This document shows positions 9,696 through 18,464 of a DNA stretch of 64,000 nucleotides, in pieces. Each line of letters begins with the position of its first letter. Within the stretch, counting starts at the first letter, position 1. Both the position numbers and the translations under genes were made by a program. The notes under the pieces were generated by a model, which saw nothing but the letters and a program-made list of their open reading frames with translations, was not told the origin of the DNA and did no database searches. This stretch comes from Acidimicrobiia bacterium (lineage in GTDB: Bacteria > Actinomycetota > Acidimicrobiia > Acidimicrobiales > Bin134): positions 38,859-102,858 of the forward strand of contig JAJDYE010000037.1 in NCBI GenBank assembly GCA_022822905.1, written 5' to 3'.

Positions 9696-10475
9696 GTGGG
9701 AGAACTGCGAAAGTCCTTCCACGAAGAACTGGACGAGATCCAGGCTGGAATCGTGCGCATGGCCGCGCTGGTCACCGAGGCCGTTCCTCGGGCCACCGAG
9801 GCGCTGCTTGAGTCCAACCTGGAATTGGCCCAACAACTCATCACCGGCGACGACCAACTCGACGACCTGTCGGTGTACCTAGAGGAGCGCTGCCACCATG
9901 TGCTGGCTCTCCAGGCCCCAATGGCCAGCGATCTTCGGGCCCTCAGCTCCGCCCTCCGTTTGAATGCCGAACTGGAGCGGTCGGGCGACCTGGCCGTCAA
10001 CATCGCCAAGGCCACTCGGCGTATCTACGGCACCCGCTACGATGCCACCCTCCGGGGCCTGCTGGTGAGGATGAGCGAAGAGGCCTGCCGGCTGATGCGT
10101 CTGGCCATCGACTCCTACGTGGACGGCAACGCGGGACTGGCCGCCGCCCTCGACGACATCGACGACCAGCTCGACGGCCTGAACCGCGACTGTGTGCAGG
10201 CCGTGTTCCAAGCCCACAACGACGGGGCCATCGACCTTCAGGCCGCTGTGCAGCTCTGCTTGATCAGCCGGTACTACGAGCGCATCGGCGACCATGCGGT
10301 GAATATCGGGGAACGGGTGGTGTACATGGTGACGGGATGGCTTCCCGAGCACACCGGGTCGGCCCGATTGAAGATCCGAGAGCATCAGCACCTCGACGAA
10401 TCCGGTGGTGGCGCCAACGAGGGGCAAGAACACCCCCACATCGACGAAACCGACGAAGAGACCGACGAGGATTGA
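9696..10475 (+). CDS. phoU: phosphate signalling regulator PhoU (with His/acidic C-terminal tail)
   Basis: Two PhoU repeats (FHEELDEI...DDQLDDL; ERIGDHAVNIGERVVY). The GTG at 9696 was chosen as the start because the longer ORF overlaps pstB. Confidence 0.85.
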   Translation: MGELRKSFHEELDEIQAGIVRMAALVTEAVPRATEALLESNLELAQQLITGDDQLDDLSVYLEERCHHVLALQAPMASDLRALSSALRLNAELERSGDLAVNIAKATRRIYGTRYDATLRGLLVRMSEEACRLMRLAIDSYVDGNAGLAAALDDIDDQLDGLNRDCVQAVFQAHNDGAIDLQAAVQLCLISRYYERIGDHAVNIGERVVYMVTGWLPEHTGSARLKIREHQHLDESGGGANEGQEHPHIDETDEETDED

Positions 10476-10478
10476 CCC

Positions 10479-11651
10479 GTGATCGTGGCCCTCGTTGTAC
10501 TGGCCGCGGTGGTGGGCTTGGTTTTGGTCGGGGCAGTGGCATGGCGGGAGCACCGGCACTTTGTCGACGCCGAGGAGAGCCGCCGCCGAGACGATGAAAT
10601 GCACCGCCGCCATGAGGACGAGGTGGCGGAAAGCGAGACTCGTCTCCGGCTGTCGTTGGACGCCATTACCCAAGGAGTGGTCATGGCCGATGACGCCGGC
10701 AATGTGCTGTACCGCAACTCCTTCGCCCGGCAGTTCACTGAAGCCCGCCACGGGGAGGCTTTGGTGGAGGCCGCGGTGGTCGAACTCTTGGCCGAGGCGG
10801 CCCGGGGGAGAGCGGTTGAGCGGGAGGTCGAGCTGTTTGGACCCCCTCGCCGCTGCATGTTGGTGAGCGCCATGCCGCTGGCGTTGGAAGGCCGGGACTA
10901 CGGCTCGGTTGCCCTCATCGACGACATCACCGAGCCTCAGCGACTGGACGCCATGCGCCGGGATTTTGTGGCCAACATCAGCCACGAGCTTCGGACTCCG
11001 ATGGGGGCGCTCAGTCTGCTAGCCGAGACCCTGGCTGGCGAGCGCGATCCCGAGGTGGCCTCCCGACTGGCGATGAGGGTGCAGGCCGAGGCCATTCGGC
11101 TGTCCGACATCATGGACGATCTGCTGGAGCTCAGCCGGATCGAAAGCGATGAGTCTTCTGAGCGGGCACCAATCGCGATCCAGCATGTGATCAGCGATGC
11201 CCTCTCGCGGGCCAAGCCCTCCGCAGAGGAGAAGGAGGTTCCCATCGAAACCGTTCTCCCCGCGCTGGATCTGGTGGTCCACGCTGACCGTCGGCAGCTC
11301 ACCTCCGCGGTGTTCAACTTGTTGGACAATGCGGTCAAGTATTCGGAGGCCGCTCGACCGGTGAAGGTCACAACTCGGTTGGAGGGAGAATGGGTTGAGG
11401 TGGAAGTTCGCGATCAGGGCTATGGGATTCCCCAAGGCCACCAAGAGCGCATCTTTGAGCGCTTCTACCAGGTGGACCGGTCCCGAGAGCGTACCGATGG
11501 CGGCGTGGGCTTGGGTTTGGCCATCGTGCGCCATGTGGCCACCAACCACGGGGGAGAAGTCCGAGTGGAGTCGACCGTTGGTGAAGGTTCAGCGTTCACT
11601 CTGGTAGTGCCGATGTCCGAATTCCTGCAACCCATTGGCGCAAAAGCATGA
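10479..11651 (+). CDS. sensor histidine kinase, SenX3/PhoR-like
   Basis: N-terminal TM segment, PAS-like segment, H-box SHELRTPMGAL, N-box NLLDNAVKYS and G-box GGVGLGLAIV. Confidence 0.85.
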   Translation: MIVALVVLAAVVGLVLVGAVAWREHRHFVDAEESRRRDDEMHRRHEDEVAESETRLRLSLDAITQGVVMADDAGNVLYRNSFARQFTEARHGEALVEAAVVELLAEAARGRAVEREVELFGPPRRCMLVSAMPLALEGRDYGSVALIDDITEPQRLDAMRRDFVANISHELRTPMGALSLLAETLAGERDPEVASRLAMRVQAEAIRLSDIMDDLLELSRIESDESSERAPIAIQHVISDALSRAKPSAEEKEVPIETVLPALDLVVHADRRQLTSAVFNLLDNAVKYSEAARPVKVTTRLEGEWVEVEVRDQGYGIPQGHQERIFERFYQVDRSRERTDGGVGLGLAIVRHVATNHGGEVRVESTVGEGSAFTLVVPMSEFLQPIGAKA

Positions 11652-12373
11652 GCGGGTCGGGCCGGGTTCTCATTGTCGAAGACGAGGAGTCGTTCGTCGA
11701 AGCGCTGACGGTGGGGCTGACCCGTGAGGGTTTCACCGTGAACGTGGCTCGCGATGGCAAGGAGGCCCTGGACTTCTTCAACGCCTATTCCCCCGACATC
11801 GTGCTGCTCGACGTGATGTTGCCCTTGGTATCCGGGGTGGACGTCTGCCGACAGATACGAGCCCGTTCTCAAGTGCCCATCATCATGGTCACCGCGAAGG
11901 GCGAGGAGATCGATGCGGTGGTTGGCCTGGAGGTGGGGGCCGACGACTATGTGACCAAGCCCTATCGCCTGCGCGAGTTGATCTCTCGCATGCGGTCGCT
12001 GTTGCGGCGATCCCGATGGACGGCAGAGAGCGAGGCGTTCCGGGGAGAAGTCGTCGAGGTGGGCGATGTGGCTGTCGACCCCGAGCGCCATGAGGTGTTC
12101 GTGCGGGGCGAGCCAATCGAGTTGCCGCTGAAGGAGTTCGACCTCCTGGAACTGCTGTTGACCAACGCCGGCCGGGTGTTGACCCGCGACGCGCTGATCG
12201 ATCAGGTATGGGGCAGTGACTATGTGGGCGACACCAAGACGCTCGACGTCCACGTCAAGCGGCTTCGGTCCAAGATCGAAGACGATCCTTCCAAGCCCCG
12301 CCGCATCGTGACCATCCGCGGCCTGGGCTACAAGTACGCCACCGGCGTTCCTGCGGAACCCGCGCCACCTTGA
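11648..12373 (+). CDS. OmpR-family response regulator, RegX3/PhoP-like
   Basis: Receiver domain (VLIVEDEE...LLDVMLP...KG) plus a winged-helix output domain (LTRDALIDQVWG...VHVKRLRSKIE...IVTIRGLGYK). ATGA overlap with the kinase gene. Confidence 0.9.
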   Translation: MSGSGRVLIVEDEESFVEALTVGLTREGFTVNVARDGKEALDFFNAYSPDIVLLDVMLPLVSGVDVCRQIRARSQVPIIMVTAKGEEIDAVVGLEVGADDYVTKPYRLRELISRMRSLLRRSRWTAESEAFRGEVVEVGDVAVDPERHEVFVRGEPIELPLKEFDLLELLLTNAGRVLTRDALIDQVWGSDYVGDTKTLDVHVKRLRSKIEDDPSKPRRIVTIRGLGYKYATGVPAEPAPP

Positions 12374-12395
12374 TCTTGGCCATAATCTTCAAGAC

Positions 12396-13679
12396 GTGAT
12401 CAACGTTCCGTTCTTGCGGCTGGTGAGAGTTCATGCCCTTGGCGCGGCGGGCGATGCCATGATCACCGTGGCGCTGGCGGGTTCTCTCTTCTTCTCCATC
12501 GATCCCAGCGCAGCTCGATTCCGGGTCACCCTCTATCTGCTGCTGACCATGGCCCCGTTCGCGGTGGTAGGCCCGCTGATCGGCCCGGCTCTGGACCGCT
12601 TTCGGGGCGGACGGCGTCCCATGATCCTCGCCATCAATGGGGGGAGGGCGTTCTTCGCCTTCCTGATGATCTCCAACATGGATTCGCTGCTGTTGTTCCC
12701 CCTTGCCTTCGCCATGCTGATTCTCCAGAAGAGCTACGGCGTGGCCAAGGCCTCCATGGTGCCGCTCATCTTGCCGAAAGAAGAGCAGTTTGTGGGGGGC
12801 AATGCCCGGTTGGCGCTGGTGGGGAGCGTCTGCGGTTTCATCGGCGCGGGTCCGGCGCTGCTGGCCAACCTGCTGGGGGGCGCATCGTGGACAGTGGGTC
12901 TGGCCATGGTGGTCTACATCCTGGCGGCGCTCTCCGCTCTGTCGCTGCCCCAAGGCCGCATTGCCCCTGAGCAGATTGACGATGAGGAGGCGGGCAAACT
13001 CCGCGGCATAGGTATCCGCAAAGCGGCGTCAGCCACCGGCACACTGAGGGCAATTGTGGGATTCATGACCTTTCTGGCGGCGTTCGCCTTGCGGGGTGGC
13101 GCCGACGACGTGAACCTCTCCGGGGTGGGCAAGGCATTCGGCGCCGGCGTCCGCCACGCCCTTCAAGGCGATGTGGCTTCTGACGCCAGCCCGGCGTGGA
13201 AGCTGGGGTTGGTAGCGGCCGCCTTGGTCTGCGGGTTTTTGGTCGGCTCGCTTCTGGCCCCCAAATTGCGGGACCGGATTCGTGAGGAGATCATCATCGG
13301 CACGGCGCTGGTCGCCCTGTTCTTTGTGGGCCTCCTGGCTGCGTGGGGTGGGGGATACGGCTCGACGCTGCTGCTGGCCCTGGGGGTGGGGATCACCGCC
13401 AGCGCGGGCAAGCTCTCCTTTGACTCCATCGTGCAGCGCGACGCCGAGGGGGCCAATCACGGGCGGGCGTTTGCCGTCTTTGAGACCCGCTTCCAGATCT
13501 TCTGGGTGGTGGGCGCGCTCATCCCCGTGGTCATCCCCATGCCCGCCCGAGTGGGCTTCATCCTTATTGCCGTAGCCGCCGCAGTGGCGGCGGTGCTCTT
13601 CTGGCTGCGGCGGACGCCTACTCAGGGAGGTCGATTCGGGCCAGCCACAGACCGGGGGCATCAACCTCAGCAGGCGTAG
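12396..13679 (+). CDS. MFS-type integral membrane protein
   Basis: 427 aa with about 12 hydrophobic segments and an MFS-like loop PALDRFRGGRRP. The last ~20 codons overlap the convergent gene. Confidence 0.6.
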   Translation: MINVPFLRLVRVHALGAAGDAMITVALAGSLFFSIDPSAARFRVTLYLLLTMAPFAVVGPLIGPALDRFRGGRRPMILAINGGRAFFAFLMISNMDSLLLFPLAFAMLILQKSYGVAKASMVPLILPKEEQFVGGNARLALVGSVCGFIGAGPALLANLLGGASWTVGLAMVVYILAALSALSLPQGRIAPEQIDDEEAGKLRGIGIRKAASATGTLRAIVGFMTFLAAFALRGGADDVNLSGVGKAFGAGVRHALQGDVASDASPAWKLGLVAAALVCGFLVGSLLAPKLRDRIREEIIIGTALVALFFVGLLAAWGGGYGSTLLLALGVGITASAGKLSFDSIVQRDAEGANHGRAFAVFETRFQIFWVVGALIPVVIPMPARVGFILIAVAAAVAAVLFWLRRTPTQGGRFGPATDRGHQPQQA

Positions 13680-14796
13680 GCAGCTCCCGGGCCGAATGCC
13701 ATAGCCGAGCCAGTCCGTCGGCGCCCGCCCGTTCCACCACCCCGCTGACGAAGGCCGATCCCCGGTCGTACTGGTCTTGGCTGAGCTCGAGGCCGAACAT
13801 CCGCTCGATGAAGCGGTCAGATGCGTCGGCTGTCACCCGTCGCCGCCTCAGGGCTTCGCTGAGGCGCTGGTATGAGCTGATGAGCCCGCGTCCGATGCTG
13901 TCCATGGTCCAGTCGACATATCCGGCGATCACCGTCACCAAGGCCGTGATCTGGGGCAGCAGAATCCGCTGGGCCGGCGATTGGATCGCCCCCAGGATGA
14001 TCTCGGGATCGCCCAGTGCCGACTGGAGATCGCCCAGTGAATCGGGGTTGGCCAGATCCAGTTCGCCCAGTCGGCTCTCCAGAGCACCGGGGTCGGCCTC
14101 GAATCCCCGGACATAATCGGCCAGCAGCTCTTCGATCCGCTGGCTCACATGGGGGATCGTCAGCACCGAATGGTGGGTTAGTTCGCTCAAGCACACCCAA
14201 AGCCGCAGGTCAGAGCGGTCTAAGCTCCACTCGTCGGCCAACGCGTCGATGTTGGCCGGCACCACCATCAAATCCGAGCCATCCCGGGGAATGGGCAGGT
14301 CGTACTGGCCCAGACTGCGGCGGGCGAGGTTGCCCACCATGCTTCCGGCGGTCATGCTCAGCATGACTGGGCCGATCATCTTCATGATCTGGCCGAACAT
14401 GGCTTGGGCGGGGTCGAAGGATGCCTCCTCCGCTTCAACCCGCCCCGACACGTTCCCGATGGGCTCCAGTAGATCCTGGTAGGCCTCCAGGGTTGCGGTG
14501 GCCCACTGAGTTCGGGTCACCGGCACGATCGTGGCGGCTTGGCCCTGGCGGGTTGTCGACAGGCCGGTGGCGTTGGCTACTTGGAGCTCGGCCACCCGGC
14601 CCAGCTCTTCCAGGGTGATGCGGTCGGCGGGGTCGACATTGGGCTCCGACTGGCCCTCGGTGGCCACTGCCACCGCGAACTGGCGCGCCGTCTCCCAGGT
14701 GTTCGCTGCCTGCTGCGAGAAGAGCTTGCCCAGGTCCCCGAAAATGGGCATCCCTTTGAAGGGGTTGAACTCCTCGGGCGAGTCGGGTTCGCTCAC
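13618..14796 (-). CDS. DUF2342-type (zinc-metalloprotease-like) protein
   Basis: 392 aa with the overall look of the actinobacterial DUF2342/TIGR03624 hydrolase family. The expected HExxH position reads SELTH, so catalytic competence is uncertain. Confidence 0.6.
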   Translation of the reverse strand: MSEPDSPEEFNPFKGMPIFGDLGKLFSQQAANTWETARQFAVAVATEGQSEPNVDPADRITLEELGRVAELQVANATGLSTTRQGQAATIVPVTRTQWATATLEAYQDLLEPIGNVSGRVEAEEASFDPAQAMFGQIMKMIGPVMLSMTAGSMVGNLARRSLGQYDLPIPRDGSDLMVVPANIDALADEWSLDRSDLRLWVCLSELTHHSVLTIPHVSQRIEELLADYVRGFEADPGALESRLGELDLANPDSLGDLQSALGDPEIILGAIQSPAQRILLPQITALVTVIAGYVDWTMDSIGRGLISSYQRLSEALRRRRVTADASDRFIERMFGLELSQDQYDRGSAFVSGVVERAGADGLARLWHSARELPTPAEVDAPGLWLARIDLPE

Positions 14797-14914
14797 ACCG
14801 TGAGGTTACCGGCAATACTCCGATAACGGTTGTGGGGATGATTGGGCAGGAGTGTCAATGGGTGGCCGATGATCGGAGTGAATCGACGAGAGTGTCAGGG
14901 TTTACACTCAGTCT

Positions 14915-15448
14915 GTGAATCCGCCGGAGACCGCTGAGGTGTGGATAGGGCTTAGCGAGGCGCCGCTGCCGTTAGACCAGGTGCTTGCTTGGGTGGGTCG
15001 TCCGGATTGCGGCGGCACTGTCCTGTTCAGCGGCACAGCCCGCGACCACTCGGAGGGTCGGCCGGGGGTGACCGTGCTCGAATACGAGGCCTACGAGGAG
15101 CAGGTGACACCCCGTTTGGAGGCGTTGGCGCAGGAGGCTCGGATCAGGTGGCCCGATATCGGACGGGTGGCGATGCTGCATCGGGTGGGCCGGGTGGAGA
15201 TCGGGGAGTCGGCGGTGGTGGCGGCTGTTTCTGCGCCCCATCGCGAGGAGGCCTTTGCCGCCGCCCGGTTCTGCATTGATGCTTTGAAGGCCACCGTGCC
15301 CATTTGGAAAAAGGAGGCCTGGGAGGGCGGCGAGAGCTGGGGTTTGGAAGCCCAGCACATCTCTGAGGCCGACGCAGTTGCCTCCCTTGATGACCGGTAT
15401 GCCCCTGAGGCCGACACGGTCTCTGCTTCAGGCGAGCTCGCCGGCTGA
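14915..15448 (+). CDS. moaE: molybdopterin synthase catalytic subunit MoaE
   Basis: GTVLFSGTARDHSEGR...LEYEAYEE...HRVGRVEIGESAVVAAVSAPHR...IDALKATVPIWKKE. Confidence 0.85.
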   Translation: MNPPETAEVWIGLSEAPLPLDQVLAWVGRPDCGGTVLFSGTARDHSEGRPGVTVLEYEAYEEQVTPRLEALAQEARIRWPDIGRVAMLHRVGRVEIGESAVVAAVSAPHREEAFAAARFCIDALKATVPIWKKEAWEGGESWGLEAQHISEADAVASLDDRYAPEADTVSASGELAG

Positions 15449-15451
15449 TCC

Positions 15452-16447
15452 ATGGCCCGAGACCTGGCGATCGATCTGGGCACGGCCAACACCCTGGTCT
15501 ATGCGCGCGGCCAGGGGATCATCCTGAACGAACCCTCGGTGATCGCGTTGAACCGCAAGACCAACGAGGTGCTGGCCATGGGCCGAGAGGCGTGGCAGAT
15601 GATCGGACGCACGCCAGCCCACATCGTTGCCGTTCGCCCGTTGCGAAAGGGGGCGATCACCGATTTCGAGGTGACCCAGCGCATGATCCGCCTGCTATTG
15701 ATGGATGCAGGGGTCAACCGGTTCAGTCGTCCGAAGGTGGTCATTTGCGTGCCGTCGGCGATCACCGCAGTCGAGCGCCGGGCGGTGGTGGAGGCGGCCC
15801 GTCGGGCCGGGGCGGCCGAGACCCGGCTCATTGAGCAGCCCCTGGCTGCGGCCATTGGAGCTTCGCTGCCCATTCACGAGCCCATCGGCAACATGGTGGT
15901 GGACATCGGTGGGGGAACCAGCGAGACCGCGCTGATCTCGATGGGCGGGGTCATATCTCTCAAGGCCATCCGAGTGGGCTCGTTCGACATCGATGCCGCA
16001 ATCCAGGCCTTTGTTCGACGCGAGTTCGGCATCGCCATCGGTGAGCGCACCGCTGAAGAGGTGAAAATCACCATCGGCTCCGCGGCCTACGTTCCCGGGG
16101 AGTGCAGCGCCGAAGTTCGAGGTCGCAATCTGATGAACGGCCTGCCCGAGACCATTGTGCTGTCGCCGTTCGAAGTGCGCACCGCCATTGCCGAACCAGT
16201 CTCCGCTTTCGTGGACTCGGTGGTGGCTTGCCTGGTGGAAGCCCCCCCGGAGCTGTCTCAGGACGTGATCACCCACGGCATCCACCTGGTGGGAGGCGGT
16301 TCGCTGCTGCGGGGTCTGGCCGATCGGCTGTCCCAGGCCGCAGAAGTGCCGGTGAGCCTGGTGGATGCTCCCCTGGAGGCGGTGGTGATGGGAGCGGGCC
16401 GCTGTCTGGAGTCCTTCGAGGACGTCCAGGCGATGTTCATGGAGTGA
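15452..16447 (+). CDS. mreB: rod-shape determining actin homolog MreB
   Basis: DLGTANTLVY...NEPSVIA...VICVPS...EPLAAAIGA...MVVDIGGGTSE, the actin/MreB nucleotide-binding motifs. Confidence 0.93.
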   Translation: MARDLAIDLGTANTLVYARGQGIILNEPSVIALNRKTNEVLAMGREAWQMIGRTPAHIVAVRPLRKGAITDFEVTQRMIRLLLMDAGVNRFSRPKVVICVPSAITAVERRAVVEAARRAGAAETRLIEQPLAAAIGASLPIHEPIGNMVVDIGGGTSETALISMGGVISLKAIRVGSFDIDAAIQAFVRREFGIAIGERTAEEVKITIGSAAYVPGECSAEVRGRNLMNGLPETIVLSPFEVRTAIAEPVSAFVDSVVACLVEAPPELSQDVITHGIHLVGGGSLLRGLADRLSQAAEVPVSLVDAPLEAVVMGAGRCLESFEDVQAMFME

Positions 16448-16483
16448 TTTGGGTTCATGGAGTGATTTGGGTTCATGGAGTAG
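16436..16483 (+). repeat. 18-bp tandem repeat (about 2.7 units) TTCATGGAGTGATTTGGG spanning the mreB stop codon
   Basis: Direct reading: ttcatggagtgatttggg ttcatggagtgatttggg ttcatggagtag. Confidence 0.95.
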
Positions 16484-16490
16484 GGCCGAG

Positions 16491-17108
16491 TCAATCAGGG
16501 TTGATGAGCAGTTCGGCCGCGTCTCTGGTCTGCCAGTCTCGGTCTTCCGCTGCCCGCCGGAGAGCAGCCTCCACCTCGGGGCCGTCGAAGGGGGCCAGCG
16601 CCAGCACCGCTCGTCGGCGGACCGCCACTCGGTCGGTGGTGGCCCCCAGAATGGCCTCGAGTCCAGCAGGGTGGCCGATCGCTCCCAACGCGGCGACGGC
16701 TGCCTCCCGCACCAGGGGATTCGAGTGATCGGCGGCCAATTCTCCTAGCCGGGTCACGGTGCCGAGATCTTCAAAGTCCCGCTCCCCGCAGGCCCATGCG
16801 GCGGTCTCTGCCACATCATCGCTTGGGTCGTCCAAGAGGGGAGCGGGCGACACCTCGGTGCGACCAACGGTCAAAGCAGCAGCCCGCAGCCTCACCTTCG
16901 GCGACGGATCGCGAAACGCGGCTCGCAGCTCCTCGTCGGCCAGCGCGCCCATCCGGTCTAAAGCCCCGAGTGCCGATGCCCGCACTTGGGGGTCCTCCTC
17001 ATGCTGGGCTGCCCTCGCCGTGGCCTCATCGCTGGTGTGCCCGGCGATCACCGCATCGCGCCGTGCGATCCTGCGGGTGGGCTGATTGTCTTCTGGGTGT
17101 CCGCTCAC
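16491..17108 (-). CDS. HEAT-repeat protein
   Basis: Repeated D/NPxVR..AA.ALG units (DPQVRASALGAL, SPKVRLRAAAL, NPLVREAAVAALGAIG). GTG at 17108 forms a GTGA overlap with the upstream gene's stop. Confidence 0.7.
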   Translation of the reverse strand: MSGHPEDNQPTRRIARRDAVIAGHTSDEATARAAQHEEDPQVRASALGALDRMGALADEELRAAFRDPSPKVRLRAAALTVGRTEVSPAPLLDDPSDDVAETAAWACGERDFEDLGTVTRLGELAADHSNPLVREAAVAALGAIGHPAGLEAILGATTDRVAVRRRAVLALAPFDGPEVEAALRRAAEDRDWQTRDAAELLINPD

Positions 17109-17392
17109 ACCAGCGTTTCCAAGGCAATTGTGAGGCCGACGAAGAAGAGCCCCACCAACATGGTCAGCCCCGCCCCCAGCAAGACGATCACAAAGAAGAG
17201 TCCGACACCGGCCCGTAGGCGCTGCCACCAGCGAAACCGCGCCTCTTCACCGTAATCAGCCCGGTAGGAGGCCAAAACATCTCTCTCGGCCCTGGCCTCC
17301 CGCCAGTCTTCCCACCGATGCTGCCACCAGCTTTTCAGCGTGCCCCAAGTATCGTCAGAGAGGGAAATACGAATGCGCGACCAGTCGACCAC
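17105..17392 (-). CDS. small Trp/Arg-rich protein with a C-terminal TM hairpin (hypothetical)
   Basis: The C-terminal half ...RFRWWQRLRAGVGLFFVIVLLGAGLTMLVGLFFVGLTIAL is membrane-like. The stop is coupled (GTGA) to the HEAT gene. The start is uncertain; GTG at 17392 is the last canonical start. Confidence 0.4.
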   Translation of the reverse strand: MVDWSRIRISLSDDTWGTLKSWWQHRWEDWREARAERDVLASYRADYGEEARFRWWQRLRAGVGLFFVIVLLGAGLTMLVGLFFVGLTIALETLV

Positions 17393-18455
17393 AGAGCCAC
17401 CCAGGATAGTTCCACCCACCGAAAACCGGGGGCCGTCTTGGTGGCGGCGCAACTTGGCCTGGCTGGTTCCCGTGGCCGTGCTGATTTTCTTGCTGGTGGT
17501 CACTTCGGTTGTGTTCACCTTCTGGCGCACCGATCAGGTAGCGGTTCGGCCCGGCTCGGTGGAAGATGTGCCGTCGCGGGTCACCGTTACGGGGGCTGAG
17601 GTTTATCCTCCGGAAAGCGAGATCGCCCTGGTGACCGTGAAGGTCAGCCAGCGGTTGAACATCTGGCAGCGAATCAGCGCCGAATTCGAGTCCGGGGTCG
17701 ACATCGAGCCCGAACGGACGTTCACCGGCGGTGGCACCCGCGACGAGTTGCGTCGACTCAACGAGCTGCGAATGGAGACTTCTCAGCACACCGCCGTCGT
17801 GGTGGCGCTGGAGCATTTGGGCTATGAGATCCCCCGTCATGCCTCTGGAGTCATCGTGGCCGATGCGATGAGCGGGACACCCGCCGCGGAAGTGTTGGAG
17901 CGGGGCGACGTGATCGTGGGTATCGAAGGTGTGCCCGCGTCCGACTTGAATGACTTGGCCGAGGTCTTGGCCTTGCGGAGCGCGGGTCAGACGGTGGTAT
18001 TGGACGTGGAGCGAGCCGACAGCGGGGAGGTGGAAGCGGTGGCGGTCGAGCTCATCGAGTCTTCCGACGAGCCGGGGCGGGCGCTGATCGGCGTGGGGGC
18101 GCGCGAGCGGGTGGATATCGGGGATCTTCCGGTGCAGGTCGAAATCGACAGCGGCAAGATCGGAGGGCCGTCAGCCGGGTTGGCCCTCACCCTCGGCATC
18201 ATCGACCTGTTGACTCCCGGGGAGCTGATGGGGGGCCAGCGGGTGGCTACTACTGGAACGATCACGTTCGACGGCTCGGTGGGGGCGATCGGCGAGGTTG
18301 ATCAGAAGGCCATCGCCGCGGAAAGGGCCGGAGTAGACCTGCTGCTGGTGCCCGTTTTGAATCTGAGCGATGCCCTCGACCAAGTCAGCGGCGACATGCA
18401 GGTGGTGGGTGTGGAGACTTTGCAGGAGGCATTGGACGCATTGGCCGGCAACTAA
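17373..18455 (+). CDS. PDZ domain-containing Lon-like (S16) serine protease
   Basis: N-terminal TM segment, PDZ segment (GDVIVGIEGVP) and Lon proteolytic domain (IGGPSAGLALTLGIIDLL...ATTGTI...GAIGEVDQKAIAAERAG). Adjacent to the UPF0182 gene, as is common in actinobacteria. Confidence 0.85.
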   Translation: MRDQSTTEPPRIVPPTENRGPSWWRRNLAWLVPVAVLIFLLVVTSVVFTFWRTDQVAVRPGSVEDVPSRVTVTGAEVYPPESEIALVTVKVSQRLNIWQRISAEFESGVDIEPERTFTGGGTRDELRRLNELRMETSQHTAVVVALEHLGYEIPRHASGVIVADAMSGTPAAEVLERGDVIVGIEGVPASDLNDLAEVLALRSAGQTVVLDVERADSGEVEAVAVELIESSDEPGRALIGVGARERVDIGDLPVQVEIDSGKIGGPSAGLALTLGIIDLLTPGELMGGQRVATTGTITFDGSVGAIGEVDQKAIAAERAGVDLLLVPVLNLSDALDQVSGDMQVVGVETLQEALDALAGN

Positions 18456-18464
18456 GATTTGGCG

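Noticed and set aside
13618-13679. 62-nt convergent overlap between the MFS gene and the DUF2342-type gene.
   Set aside because: Both stops are fixed by the sequence. The MFS tail (..RRTPTQGGRFGPATDRGHQPQQA) looks like incidental read-through rather than a functional feature. It is noted but not considered significant.
17105-17530. Full 141-aa version of the minus-strand ORF upstream of the HEAT gene.
   Set aside because: The first ~46 codons overlap the divergent PDZ-Lon gene start and look non-protein-like. Only the shorter version from GTG 17392 was kept, at low confidence.
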